DNA of 43,708 bases from Promethearchaeota archaeon. GTDB taxonomy: Archaea > Asgardarchaeota > Lokiarchaeia > Sigyniarchaeales > SOKP01. Position numbers and translations under genes: made by a program. The notes below the pieces were generated by a model. That model made no database searches, had not been told where the DNA came from, and saw only the letters and a list, made by a program, of their open reading frames with translations. The DNA is taken from NCBI GenBank assembly GCA_011364925.1, contig RDOA01000028.1, forward strand, positions 1 to 43,708, given 5' to 3'. This document shows, one piece after another, positions 17,654 to 26,751 of this stretch (position 1 is the stretch's first letter; each line of letters begins with the position of its first letter).

Positions 17654-18931
17654 TTAAGATTTTGTAACATCCCTACGCAGAATTTTAATCTTTTTCTTTA
17701 ACTCGACTATTTCTTGTTCTTTATCTTCGAGTTGAGATTCTACTTTTAGCTTTTCATCTTTTACATTTTGCATTTCAGTTAATATTCTATCTTCAATTTG
17801 TTCAGCTTCGAATAATTTATTTTTCAATGAATCTTCTTTTTCTCTCAATTCTTTTATTTCAGCAACTTGTTCGTCAACTACATTTCTTAAATTCATTATT
17901 TCTAATTCAAGTTTTCCACTAATATTACCAGATTTTTCTTGAGACTCTTCCAATCTTGCCTGAAGTTGATTGATAAACTCATCGTTTGTTTGATTTTTTT
18001 GAGTTAATTTTTCGACTTCCGTGACTAAATTTTTAATACGCTCTTCTTTTTTAGACAGATCTTTTTTGACTAAGCTAAATGTTTCTAATTTCTGCTGCAA
18101 TTCTTTAATTGATTGAACTGACGATTGATGAGAGTTTTCGAGTTTAAAAATCTCTTTTTCTTTCTCAGTAATAATTTCATCCTTCTTTTCGAGTAACACT
18201 TTCACTTTCTCAAATTTGGATTTCTGGACTGTATCATTCTCTAAATATTGAATTTGTTCCATTAGTTCTTTGATTTTTTCGTCCTTTTCTTGTAACCTTC
18301 CGATGAGTCCAGCGTTAGCTTCCTGTTGAGATTTTAATTGTTCTAATTCTGAGCTAAACCCTTCTATTTGTTTTAATTGCTCGGCAATTGTATTATTCAG
18401 TTTATCAATATTATTGGTTTGATCTTGAATGATTTGATTTTTTTCTTTCACAGAAAGATCTAATTCCTCAATCTGTTTGTTTTTGACACTTATCTGAGAT
18501 TGTAGAGTATTGAGTTCCTTTTCTTTAATTTCAAGTGATTTGTTTATTTCTAAATCTACTACGTTTGTTTCATTTAAAAATTCAATATTTGATTCAAGCT
18601 CGTGTATAAGTTTGTCTTTTTCAACGATTTTTTGCGTTAAATCTTCTATTGTTTCATTATTTTCTTTTACTAATTGAATAGATTTTTCTTTCTCTTCGTT
18701 AAAAGCATCTGTTATAGATTTAAGACTCTCGTATTCTTCGCGAAGTGTACTTATTTCTTCATTGAGTTTCTTATTTTGTTCAATGAAGAAGTTTAATTGT
18801 TCTCTTATTTGGTCTTCCTCTGAGCTTGGAATCTCCTCTTCCTCATCTTTTTCTTCAATCCAACCAAGTGAACTTAGAGCATCTACCATAGATGTGTCTT
18901 CTTCTTTTTTATCCCTCTGTTCATCTGACAT
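17654..18931 (-). CDS. Long acidic coiled-coil protein
   Basis: About 380 aa of uninterrupted heptads after an acidic head (DALSSLGW); no ATPase motifs. Confidence 0.8.
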   Translation of the reverse strand: MSDEQRDKKEEDTSMVDALSSLGWIEEKDEEEEIPSSEEDQIREQLNFFIEQNKKLNEEISTLREEYESLKSITDAFNEEKEKSIQLVKENNETIEDLTQKIVEKDKLIHELESNIEFLNETNVVDLEINKSLEIKEKELNTLQSQISVKNKQIEELDLSVKEKNQIIQDQTNNIDKLNNTIAEQLKQIEGFSSELEQLKSQQEANAGLIGRLQEKDEKIKELMEQIQYLENDTVQKSKFEKVKVLLEKKDEIITEKEKEIFKLENSHQSSVQSIKELQQKLETFSLVKKDLSKKEERIKNLVTEVEKLTQKNQTNDEFINQLQARLEESQEKSGNISGKLELEIMNLRNVVDEQVAEIKELREKEDSLKNKLFEAEQIEDRILTEMQNVKDEKLKVESQLEDKEQEIVELKKKIKILRRDVTKS

Positions 18932-19102
18932 AATATTATTAAATCAATACTCGTATTTATTTTGATCTAAACTTCTTTTACATCGTTTATCCATGGTTTT
19001 TATTGAACTCTAAATCTATTAAACAAGAAAAAGAGTTTTAATCTCAAAAACAGCAAGCACCTTAAATTAAGAATCTAAGAAAAAAATTAAGAATTGTAGT
19101 TA

Positions 19103-19594
19103 TTAATATTCTTTATTAAATACATACTTTCTATCCAAAAAGAACTTAGTTACATATCCAATCGTTAAAGCTACAATAAAACTGAGTTCCAACGGTGAAT
19201 TAAAGAAATTAGACAATATAAACTGTATTCCTATATTTTCAATTGTGGTTAAAATCGCAAATCCAAAATATTTTAAAAATTCAAGTGTCGTTTCTTTAGC
19301 TTTTAAACTCGATTTCTTGAAAACAAAATATTTGTCCAAAAAAAATTTGATAATGTAGGTGATTCCAACTGCTGCAATTGAACCAATCAACTCAGGCATG
19401 TTAATTGGATTAGTAGAACAGTAGAAAATTTGAATGAATTCAATACCTCCAAAATTCGTGCATATAAAAGGAGCGATAGCGAGTTGGTTAACTTTTTGGA
19501 TAAAATAGTTTAAGAAGATCATACAAGCAGCAAAAATTAAATAAAGAGTCATTTGTTTCTTAATATCACTTTGTTCCTTCATATGCCTAATCAT
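19103..19594 (-). CDS. GtrA-like small membrane protein
   Basis: 4 TM helices with a duplicated KFFLD(K/R).(Y/F)VF motif and EFLKYFGFA. Confidence 0.82.
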   Translation of the reverse strand: MIRHMKEQSDIKKQMTLYLIFAACMIFLNYFIQKVNQLAIAPFICTNFGGIEFIQIFYCSTNPINMPELIGSIAAVGITYIIKFFLDKYFVFKKSSLKAKETTLEFLKYFGFAILTTIENIGIQFILSNFFNSPLELSFIVALTIGYVTKFFLDRKYVFNKEY

Positions 19595-19618
19595 CTAAAA
19601 ATAGTGATTTAAATTAAA

Positions 19619-20254
19619 TCATTTCTTTATGCGATCCTTCCACGAAATAACTTTTGGTTCTTCAAAGTTTTTACCTTGTATTTCTTCTCCGTTCATTTCC
19701 TCTGCTGATTCTTGAGGAATTGATCTAGTCAACTGGAGGTTAACTTGCTCTTCAGTTTGATGTGAAAAGGCCCCTAGTAATCCTCCTAAGGCTCCACTTC
19801 GTTTTACTTCTTTCCCAGTTAATTTTCTATATAATCTTTTAAATCCATATAAAATTACACTAAAAGTAATCGAGAACAAAAAGTAAATCGCGAACCAACC
19901 TGACCCGAAAAATAAAATTGGAAAGGGGAGTAATCCTTCTGCGTAATTTGCATACAAAACTCCAACTAGAGCAAAGATACCTATAAAGATAATACATCTG
20001 ACACACGATGGGATTAGTTGTTTTTTCAACATTAATTTTGATATTTCAATCGAATCTCGGTTAAGCTGTATCATTTCTTCGCGATCTCCAGAGATTCTTG
20101 CATTCGCCATCCGTTGTTGCAATTCTTGCGATTTTTCTCTTAATAATTTTGCAGTTTCCATGTTTAAACCAAAGATCCTATTGAGAATCTCGCTTAACGC
20201 AACCATTCCAATGGTGATAAACATTATTTGGATGATAATTTCTCCATTTGTCAA
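19619..20254 (-). CDS. EMC3/TMCO1/DUF106 (Oxa1 superfamily) membrane protein
   Basis: TM1, then a coiled-coil hairpin (ELQQRM..AR..GD...M), TM2, LPFP...GWFAIYFL in TM3, and a charged tail. Confidence 0.78.
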   Translation of the reverse strand: MTNGEIIIQIMFITIGMVALSEILNRIFGLNMETAKLLREKSQELQQRMANARISGDREEMIQLNRDSIEISKLMLKKQLIPSCVRCIIFIGIFALVGVLYANYAEGLLPFPILFFGSGWFAIYFLFSITFSVILYGFKRLYRKLTGKEVKRSGALGGLLGAFSHQTEEQVNLQLTRSIPQESAEEMNGEEIQGKNFEEPKVISWKDRIKK

Positions 20255-20500
20255 TATTTCATCACTAATAGTGGAAAAGTATGATTTTAATTAAATTTTT
20301 TTAATTCATAATAGGAAAAACGAGAACAAAGTTTTTCTCTCATAGTCAAGCAGATTTTTATATGTTCTCCCTGTCAGAGAAATTAAGATTAGTTTTAGAT
20401 ATTAAGCTATTCATCTTTCACAATATCATTTAATTACAATTAAGAAAAAATGATTGTAGTAGAATCTGAACAACAAGAGAGTCCTAAGTAATCAGAATTG

Positions 20501-20785
20501 CTATACTATTGGAACTTTTAATTTCTTATCTGATTTTTCATTGGGTTGAGATTTTTTCTCTCGGATATATGTATGTACTCCTAAACCTACTATAAAAATA
20601 GATAATGCTAAATAACCTAACCAAAAAATTAGGCCTCCTGTAAAGAAATACATATATAGGGGATTATCTGGTCGTGAAAAAAAGAAAATACCAACAAGGG
20701 CTGATATTGAACAGATTGCTCCGCAGATACAATCAACATATACTTGTGTCCTCTGAGATTTTGCACTTTTGTGACGTGTCCACAT
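20501..20785 (-). CDS. Small two-TM membrane protein
   Basis: Two hydrophobic segments and a basic tail; co-oriented with neighbours. Confidence 0.65.
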   Translation of the reverse strand: MWTRHKSAKSQRTQVYVDCICGAICSISALVGIFFFSRPDNPLYMYFFTGGLIFWLGYLALSIFIVGLGVHTYIREKKSQPNEKSDKKLKVPIV

Positions 20786-20872
20786 AATTTTCTCGTTAAT
20801 ACAGATATATGCTAATTAAGTATTCTTAGAATAATAATATAAAATTTTGTAAAACAAACAAAAAATTTTTTA

Positions 20873-21328
20873 TTAAGATCCCCTTCTACTTCCCTCAATA
20901 GATTCAAAGTAATCAAGTATTGATTCTTTTATTTCAATAGCTGGAAATACTAATCTAGATTTATTTACGTAATCTAAAGCGTCGTTCCAGCTCCATGTCG
21001 GATTTATTCTTAAGAGCCAAGCTATAACAATTCCACCACTTCGCGATATACCCATTGCGCAATGGATTAAAACCTTTCCAGTCTGTATATGTTGATCTAT
21101 AAAGGATAAAATTTCTTTCAGATAACTGTGTGGAGGATACCAGTCATCTGGAAAACCTTTGTATAAATAATTAAATCCTAAGGTTGTTGGATCATAGAAA
21201 TTCTCTTCCATTAAATTTACAATAGCAGTTATGCCAAGCTCTTTAAATTTCTTAAAGTTCAATCTTGGCCAATAAGCACCAATATATAAATTTGGATGTA
21301 CCTTATAGATTTGATCCAGTTCTACCAT
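20873..21328 (-). CDS. Dual-specificity protein phosphatase (atypical DUSP-like)
   Basis: PNLYIG, LGITAIVNL, FPD (acid loop), VLIHCAMGISRSG, AL.YV...R. Confidence 0.93.
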   Translation of the reverse strand: MVELDQIYKVHPNLYIGAYWPRLNFKKFKELGITAIVNLMEENFYDPTTLGFNYLYKGFPDDWYPPHSYLKEILSFIDQHIQTGKVLIHCAMGISRSGGIVIAWLLRINPTWSWNDALDYVNKSRLVFPAIEIKESILDYFESIEGSRRGS

Positions 21329-21444
21329 AAGTCTTAGAGAATTTTATCAAACATAAATTTTTTTAATTGCTTTCATGGAAAGTATTACCAAAAAATGTTC
21401 CAATTCCCATTTTAATAATTGAACATAAAAGAACTTTAGAATAT

Positions 21445-21834
21445 TTATTTTTGAGTCAAGTTGCGACTAGCAATTACATTTGATTCTAATCCAAGGATAT
21501 TTTCAATTAATATGTCTCCCATTACAATAGGAGCGCTTACAACTGTTTTTGCAATCTCACTTAAGGCTTCATCTAACTTCTCCTTGAGAATTGGTTTATC
21601 AGTTCTCACTGGGAGCAAGGGGAGAAATCCATTCTCGACTCTGATTGTCGTCGTTAAAATTCTTTTTGGTTCGTAATATTCTTGTTCTGCGTATTCTAAT
21701 CCTCGTTTACAAGTATATCCTTCAAACACAATATCTGAACCTTTTGAAATTGCTTGTATTTGACAACCGGTAGGGCATACTATACACCTAATAACTTTTA
21801 CAACACTCGCGCTACTTTCGCTCACTTTTAGCAC
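21445..21834 (-). CDS. DUF1667 (CxxC) protein, third gene of a G3PDH-type cluster
   Basis: CIVCPTGC, GYTCKRG.EYA.QE...PKRILTTT, LPVRT.KPI, APIVMGD; SD AAGGAGG before the GTG. Confidence 0.9.
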   Translation of the reverse strand: MLKVSESSASVVKVIRCIVCPTGCQIQAISKGSDIVFEGYTCKRGLEYAEQEYYEPKRILTTTIRVENGFLPLLPVRTDKPILKEKLDEALSEIAKTVVSAPIVMGDILIENILGLESNVIASRNLTQK

Positions 21835-21846
21835 TTCCTCCTTATT

Positions 21847-23145
21847 TTATTCCTCCTCGATTAATACCTCTGGTCGGGGTATTACTTCTACTGTAATTGA
21901 TTTACAAGTTGGATCAATTTTCGTTTCTTCTAAATTTAGGTTTAGCTCTATCATTTCGCTAGGAATGACATATATTTTCTTTTTCTTATAAATAACATTA
22001 TTATTTTCATCTTTAAATTGAATTTGAACTCTTCGGTCTGGATATCTTACTCTAAAAGTGAATATTATCTCTTCAGAAAGATCTCGTTTATTAATAATGT
22101 CGGGTTTTATGTAATTAACATTTTCCCCCGGAATGCATTTGATTATATCTTTTTTCTTTAGTTCCTTTCCATATCTTCCATTAATGTATTCAACTGCGTT
22201 TAATCCAGCTCTTTTAGCCTCGTTAGTAACCATATCCACCAAATCATGTACTTGTAAAACATTTCCACACGCGAATATCCCTTCGATTGTCGTTTCTAGA
22301 TTTTCGTCAATGATGGGACCGCCATTATCTGACAACTCAGCACCTGCTTGTAGCGTTAACTCATTCTCAGGAATTAAACCTACGGACAAAAGAAGTGTGT
22401 CACACTCAATAAATTTGTCCGAACCTATAATCCTATCAAAATTTCGATCAACTTTCGAAATAGTAACTCCTTTTATCCGTTCTTTTCCGTGTATTTTTGT
22501 CACAGTGTAGTTTGTAATTAGGGGAATATCGTAATCTTCAAGACATTGTACTTGATTTCGAAGTAACCCACTGACATACGGAAGTATTTCCACCACTGCT
22601 TTGACCTTACATCCCTCCCAGGTTAATCTTCTTGCCATTATCATCCCAATATCTCCACTTCCCAATATTACATATGTGCTTCCCGGTAAATATCCTTCAA
22701 TGTTTACAAATCGTTGAGCTTGTCCAGCAGTAAAGATACCTGCTGGACGAAAACCAGGGATATTAATCGCCCCTCGGGTTCTTTCCCTACAACCCATGGC
22801 AAGAACGACTGCTTTTGCTTCTACTTCAATTAATCCTTCGTTGTTATTAACAGCGTATACTTTCTTTTCTTTCGTGATTTCTATTACCATCGAATCTAAC
22901 AAATATGGGATCTTTAAGTCAATAACTTGATTAATAAATCTTTGAATGTATTCTGGACCTGTTAATTCCTCTTCAAATTCTTTCAATCCAAATCCGTTAT
23001 GAATGCACTGCAATGTGATACCCCCTAATTCTTTCGCTCTTTCAACAATTAGCACATCTAATTTCGCCTTTTTAACTTCAAGAGCGGCAGCTAATCCCCC
23101 TGCTCCCGCACCGATTACTACAACATCTGCTTTGTATTTCTTCAT
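21847..23145 (-). CDS. FAD/NAD(P)-dependent oxidoreductase (partner subunit of a G3PDH-type complex)
   Basis: GAGAGGLAAA, QCIHNGFG, LTGPEY, AMGCRERTRG, LGSGDIGMIMARR, CDTLLLSVGLIPENEL, GNVLQVHDLVD; ATGA overlap with the upstream gene. Confidence 0.92.
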   Translation of the reverse strand: MKKYKADVVVIGAGAGGLAAALEVKKAKLDVLIVERAKELGGITLQCIHNGFGLKEFEEELTGPEYIQRFINQVIDLKIPYLLDSMVIEITKEKKVYAVNNNEGLIEVEAKAVVLAMGCRERTRGAINIPGFRPAGIFTAGQAQRFVNIEGYLPGSTYVILGSGDIGMIMARRLTWEGCKVKAVVEILPYVSGLLRNQVQCLEDYDIPLITNYTVTKIHGKERIKGVTISKVDRNFDRIIGSDKFIECDTLLLSVGLIPENELTLQAGAELSDNGGPIIDENLETTIEGIFACGNVLQVHDLVDMVTNEAKRAGLNAVEYINGRYGKELKKKDIIKCIPGENVNYIKPDIINKRDLSEEIIFTFRVRYPDRRVQIQFKDENNNVIYKKKKIYVIPSEMIELNLNLEETKIDPTCKSITVEVIPRPEVLIEEE

Positions 23146-24611
23146 TCTTCGGCTCCTCCTTTGATTGTATTGAGTCTAAAATCCTTAGTTCTCGCAATAA
23201 GGTAGTTAGTATCTTCTCCCATTTTTGTTACTTCTTCGTAGGGGATGTTTAATTCTCTTGAAAGAATTTCGATTAATCTTGGTCTACAAAAACCACCTTG
23301 GCATCTACCCATTCCAGGTCTGCACCTAAATTTAATACCGTCTAATGTGGTTGCTCCAACGGGTGAGTGGATAGCGTTTAGAATTTCTTTTTCTGGAATA
23401 GTTTCGCATCTACATATGATTCTACCCCATGTGGGATCTTCTTTGATTTTAATGTCTAACTCTTTTTTAGTAAAATCCTTAAAATTTTCAGGCTTAGGGC
23501 GGATTGGATTATAATCATCCTTAACTTTAGTGTTGACACCTAACAATTCTAAAAATTCGACTACTCGCTCAGCAATAGCATAACAAGAAGTTAAACCTGG
23601 AGATAAAATGCCAACTACATTGATAAAACCATATACATCAGTATTGTCAATAATAAAATCATAATTGTCTGATACTGCTCTCAATCCAGCAAAATTTCTG
23701 ATGGATGCTCTTACTGGTAAATTAGGGACTAATTTCTTTCCACCTTCTAAAATTTCTTTTAGTCCTGCTTCCGTTGTAGAAGTATCCTTTTTATCAGTAA
23801 TGTTCTGAGCGTTCGGTCCAACGAATGTGTTCCCACTCACAGTTGGACAAACAAGAATACCTTTAGAGATTTTAGTGGGAGTAGGAAATAAAATTTTGTT
23901 TAAATGCATTGCGTTTCTATCAAAAAGGATATACTCTCCTTTTCGAGGTGTTATTGTGAAGTAATCTAAACCAACCATTTTGGAAATTTTCGAGCCGTAC
24001 AATCCCGCTGCGTTAATAACATTGCTCGCTTTAAACTCTTTATTCTTTGTTTTAACCGTAAAGGTGTAATTTTGGTGAATAATTTTACTAACTTTTTGAT
24101 TTCGGAAGAATTTAACTCCATTCATTGCAGCATTATCAGCAAGTGCGATAGTCATTCCATATGGGCTAACGATACCCGCTGTTGGTGCATGTAATACACC
24201 GACTACTTCGTCAGTGATGTTGGGTTCCATGTATTTTATTTTCTCTTTGTCTAAAATGACTTCTAAGCCTGGTACTCCGTCTTGAGTTCCTTCACGTCTT
24301 TGTTCTTCAAGTTTTTTGATTTGGCCATCCTCTAACGCGACCACAAAAGATCCAATTCTTTGAAATGAAAAGTTCAGCTCCTCGACAGCTTGATTATAAA
24401 GTTTATTTCCTCTAATACACATATCCCGCTTTAGATATTCTCGTGGTGAGGCAAAACCTGCGTGTACTACGCCCGAATTTGCTTTACTAGTACCTGATGC
24501 AATATCAGCTTCTTTTTCCAATAAAGCAATTTTAAGATCAAATTTTGACAAAGTCCGTGCGATGCAACATCCAGTAACTCCACCACCTATAATAATAACA
24601 TCGTAGATCAA
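23142..24611 (-). CDS. FAD-dependent oxidoreductase with BFD-like [2Fe-2S] domain (GlpA/LhgO-like; probable glycerol-3-phosphate dehydrogenase)
   Basis: IIGGGVTG, GTSKANSGVVHAG, RKGEY, FAGLRA, SPGLT; C-terminal ICRCE...GMGRCQGGFC; AGGAGG SD upstream of the TTG. Confidence 0.88.
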   Translation of the reverse strand: MIYDVIIIGGGVTGCCIARTLSKFDLKIALLEKEADIASGTSKANSGVVHAGFASPREYLKRDMCIRGNKLYNQAVEELNFSFQRIGSFVVALEDGQIKKLEEQRREGTQDGVPGLEVILDKEKIKYMEPNITDEVVGVLHAPTAGIVSPYGMTIALADNAAMNGVKFFRNQKVSKIIHQNYTFTVKTKNKEFKASNVINAAGLYGSKISKMVGLDYFTITPRKGEYILFDRNAMHLNKILFPTPTKISKGILVCPTVSGNTFVGPNAQNITDKKDTSTTEAGLKEILEGGKKLVPNLPVRASIRNFAGLRAVSDNYDFIIDNTDVYGFINVVGILSPGLTSCYAIAERVVEFLELLGVNTKVKDDYNPIRPKPENFKDFTKKELDIKIKEDPTWGRIICRCETIPEKEILNAIHSPVGATTLDGIKFRCRPGMGRCQGGFCRPRLIEILSRELNIPYEEVTKMGEDTNYLIARTKDFRLNTIKGGAEE

Positions 24612-24767
24612 TAGATTGACCTCCTTTAATCTTAAGAGTAAGTGAAATAAATTATATAATAAAACATCTTATTTCTTTAAAATTTATTTAGAACATTATA
24701 AGATCCTAACTGAATATGAGAATCTAATCGTTGAAATTTATTTAGATTTCAGCGATCAGCAATAAAT

Positions 24768-25106
24768 TTAAATAAAAAAGAACAAGAGTATGTTAAATAT
24801 CAAACCAATTAAAATTAAGGCAATCGTTATAGGGTTAACTATTGTACTTCTTAAAGCTTTTGAGTATTTAGCTTCGAGATCTCCCCTTAATAGAGTATTT
24901 AATGTCTTGTATTTTGGATTAATATCTTCTTTCATGTGATACGAACCAAGAAATTTGGGATTTGTTAAATTTCTTAACTGGGTATTATAATCAACAGAAG
25001 GAAATAAATGTAGCTTATCGTTATTGAGAACATCCTCGTAATCCTTTATAAAACGAGTTTTGGTAAATTCCTTTTTAGCATCTATTTTCTTATTATTATC
25101 GCTCAT
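24768..25106 (-). CDS. Hypothetical tail-anchored membrane protein
   Basis: Hydrophilic body with a single TM helix at the extreme C-terminus. Confidence 0.7.
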   Translation of the reverse strand: MSDNNKKIDAKKEFTKTRFIKDYEDVLNNDKLHLFPSVDYNTQLRNLTNPKFLGSYHMKEDINPKYKTLNTLLRGDLEAKYSKALRSTIVNPITIALILIGLIFNILLFFFI

Positions 25107-25228
25107 TATTATAATGACTAACTAAGTTTATCTCATGATTTTAATATCAATTTATTCTTAAATCTTTTACGGTTATTTAAAATAAAAAACATTACCTATA
25201 GACATTTTAATGTAAATTTTTAGTTCAC

Positions 25229-25618
25229 TTATTTTTCCAAAGATTTATCTATATAGTCCCCAAAATCAGAAAAGATACTTATATCGTTATCCCAATCTAT
25301 CAGATCTTTTGCATAAATTTTAAAAAATGTGTCAGAAATTCGCATTAATTCATCAATTATTTTTTTTTCCTTTATTTTAGTTAAGGAACTTCCAATAAAA
25401 AGAAAATTTCTCCGCTTAATTATAACGAACCGAAGATCGGATTTTTCAAATGAGCTAATTCCGCCATCGCTTAGAGCTTCAGCGAATTTGTTTAGAGCAC
25501 TCATCAATGCTCCAAAAAGTTGAGGGTTTACTTTTTGATCGAATACTTTTGAGTATAGGGTGGTCCCATTATCTGTTAAAACCCAAAAATCTTTCAATAG
25601 CTTTGGCAATAATACCAC
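25229..25618 (-). CDS. Stand-alone longin-like domain protein
   Basis: FWVLTDNGTTLYSK...PQLFGALMSALNKFA.AL....I......RF......FLFIG...L..I...F...Y...W..D.S.F..F, the Asgard longin pattern. Confidence 0.78.
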   Translation of the reverse strand: MVLLPKLLKDFWVLTDNGTTLYSKVFDQKVNPQLFGALMSALNKFAEALSDGGISSFEKSDLRFVIIKRRNFLFIGSSLTKIKEKKIIDELMRISDTFFKIYAKDLIDWDNDISIFSDFGDYIDKSLEK

Positions 25619-25790
25619 ATATATACTTGTTTACTTGATCTTATATTCAATTAAACTCGTGTTTTCACTATTTAAAAATCTTTTTTAGAAATTTTTAATA
25701 ACTGTATTTTAAGTAAAATAAGAAAAAAAAATAAAAATTTGTATTTTATCTTCAATTAATTTTTTTTTTAACGATATAGATTTAAATTCA

Positions 25791-26672
25791 ATGATTTGGA
25801 ACACTAGAATAACCCAAATAACAGGGGTCAAGTTACCATTAATAATGGGCGCTTTTGCAATAATAGGACGAGCAGAATTTGCAAGTGCTTTTTCTAACTC
25901 TGATGGATTAGGTATTATTACTGCTATTAATTATCCAAAAATTAAAGCTTTCCAAAGCGATCTAGAACTAATGCTAAAATTAACAGACAAGCCTTTTGGA
26001 ATTAATTTCACCATCACTCCGCCATATCTCTTAAAAAAAAGGTTTGGAAGAACCGAAGAGTCTTACTTCGATTTTTTAGATTTGGCTATTGATATGGGAG
26101 TATCTATCTTCAGTACTTCGGCGTACCAAGCTCCAGAATTAGGAAACAAGATAAAAGACGCGGGGTGTTATTGGTTCCATAAATGTGTTACTATGAAACA
26201 CGCGTTAGCAGCTCAAAAGAATGGAGCTGATGCCGTTACACTTGTTGGACTAGAAGGAACAGGCTTTAAGAATCCAATTCAAAATACAACCTTAGTAAAT
26301 ATAACTATGGCACGAAAATTACTTAAAGTACCTTTAATTGCTGCTGGAGGAATTGGGGATGCTAGAGGTTTTCTTGGAGCGTTAGCAATGGGTGCAGACG
26401 CAGTTTGTTTAGGAAGCTCTATTATTGCTACATCTGAAAGCCTTGCTTCAGACAATTGGAAGCAGAAGGTGTTAAATCAAAATATTTTTGACGAAAAATA
26501 TTACAAGAAAATTTTTCATCTCGAGTTAAAAGATTCTCCCATCGCTTCAATGGCGATTGGTCACATTAAAGAAATAATGCCAATAAAAGTTTTTATTGAT
26601 AAGTTAATGAACGAAACTGAAAGTATTTTAAGAGGTTGGGGTTACAAATCTGATACTTTTAACACATTATAA
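25791..26672 (+). CDS. Nitronate monooxygenase/FabK-like FMN oxidoreductase
   Basis: TRIT...G.K.P..MG, LTDKPFGINF, GADAV...GLEGTG, PLIAAGGIGDARG, AMGADAV.LGS. Confidence 0.9.
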   Translation: MIWNTRITQITGVKLPLIMGAFAIIGRAEFASAFSNSDGLGIITAINYPKIKAFQSDLELMLKLTDKPFGINFTITPPYLLKKRFGRTEESYFDFLDLAIDMGVSIFSTSAYQAPELGNKIKDAGCYWFHKCVTMKHALAAQKNGADAVTLVGLEGTGFKNPIQNTTLVNITMARKLLKVPLIAAGGIGDARGFLGALAMGADAVCLGSSIIATSESLASDNWKQKVLNQNIFDEKYYKKIFHLELKDSPIASMAIGHIKEIMPIKVFIDKLMNETESILRGWGYKSDTFNTL

Positions 26673-26751
26673 ATATTTGCATATCATGCAATAATAATAA
26701 GTATATTTTCCTTTTAATAGAAATAAAAAGTAGAAGTTAACGATTAAACTA

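Noticed and set aside
17654-18931. SMC/Rad50 annotation for the coiled-coil proteins (also 10444-12501 and 31600-32283)
   Set aside because: No Walker A/B, signature motif, hinge or central zinc hook.
19064-19094. AAATTAAGAAT direct repeat at 20-bp spacing
   Set aside because: Only two low-complexity AT-rich copies, plausible by chance.
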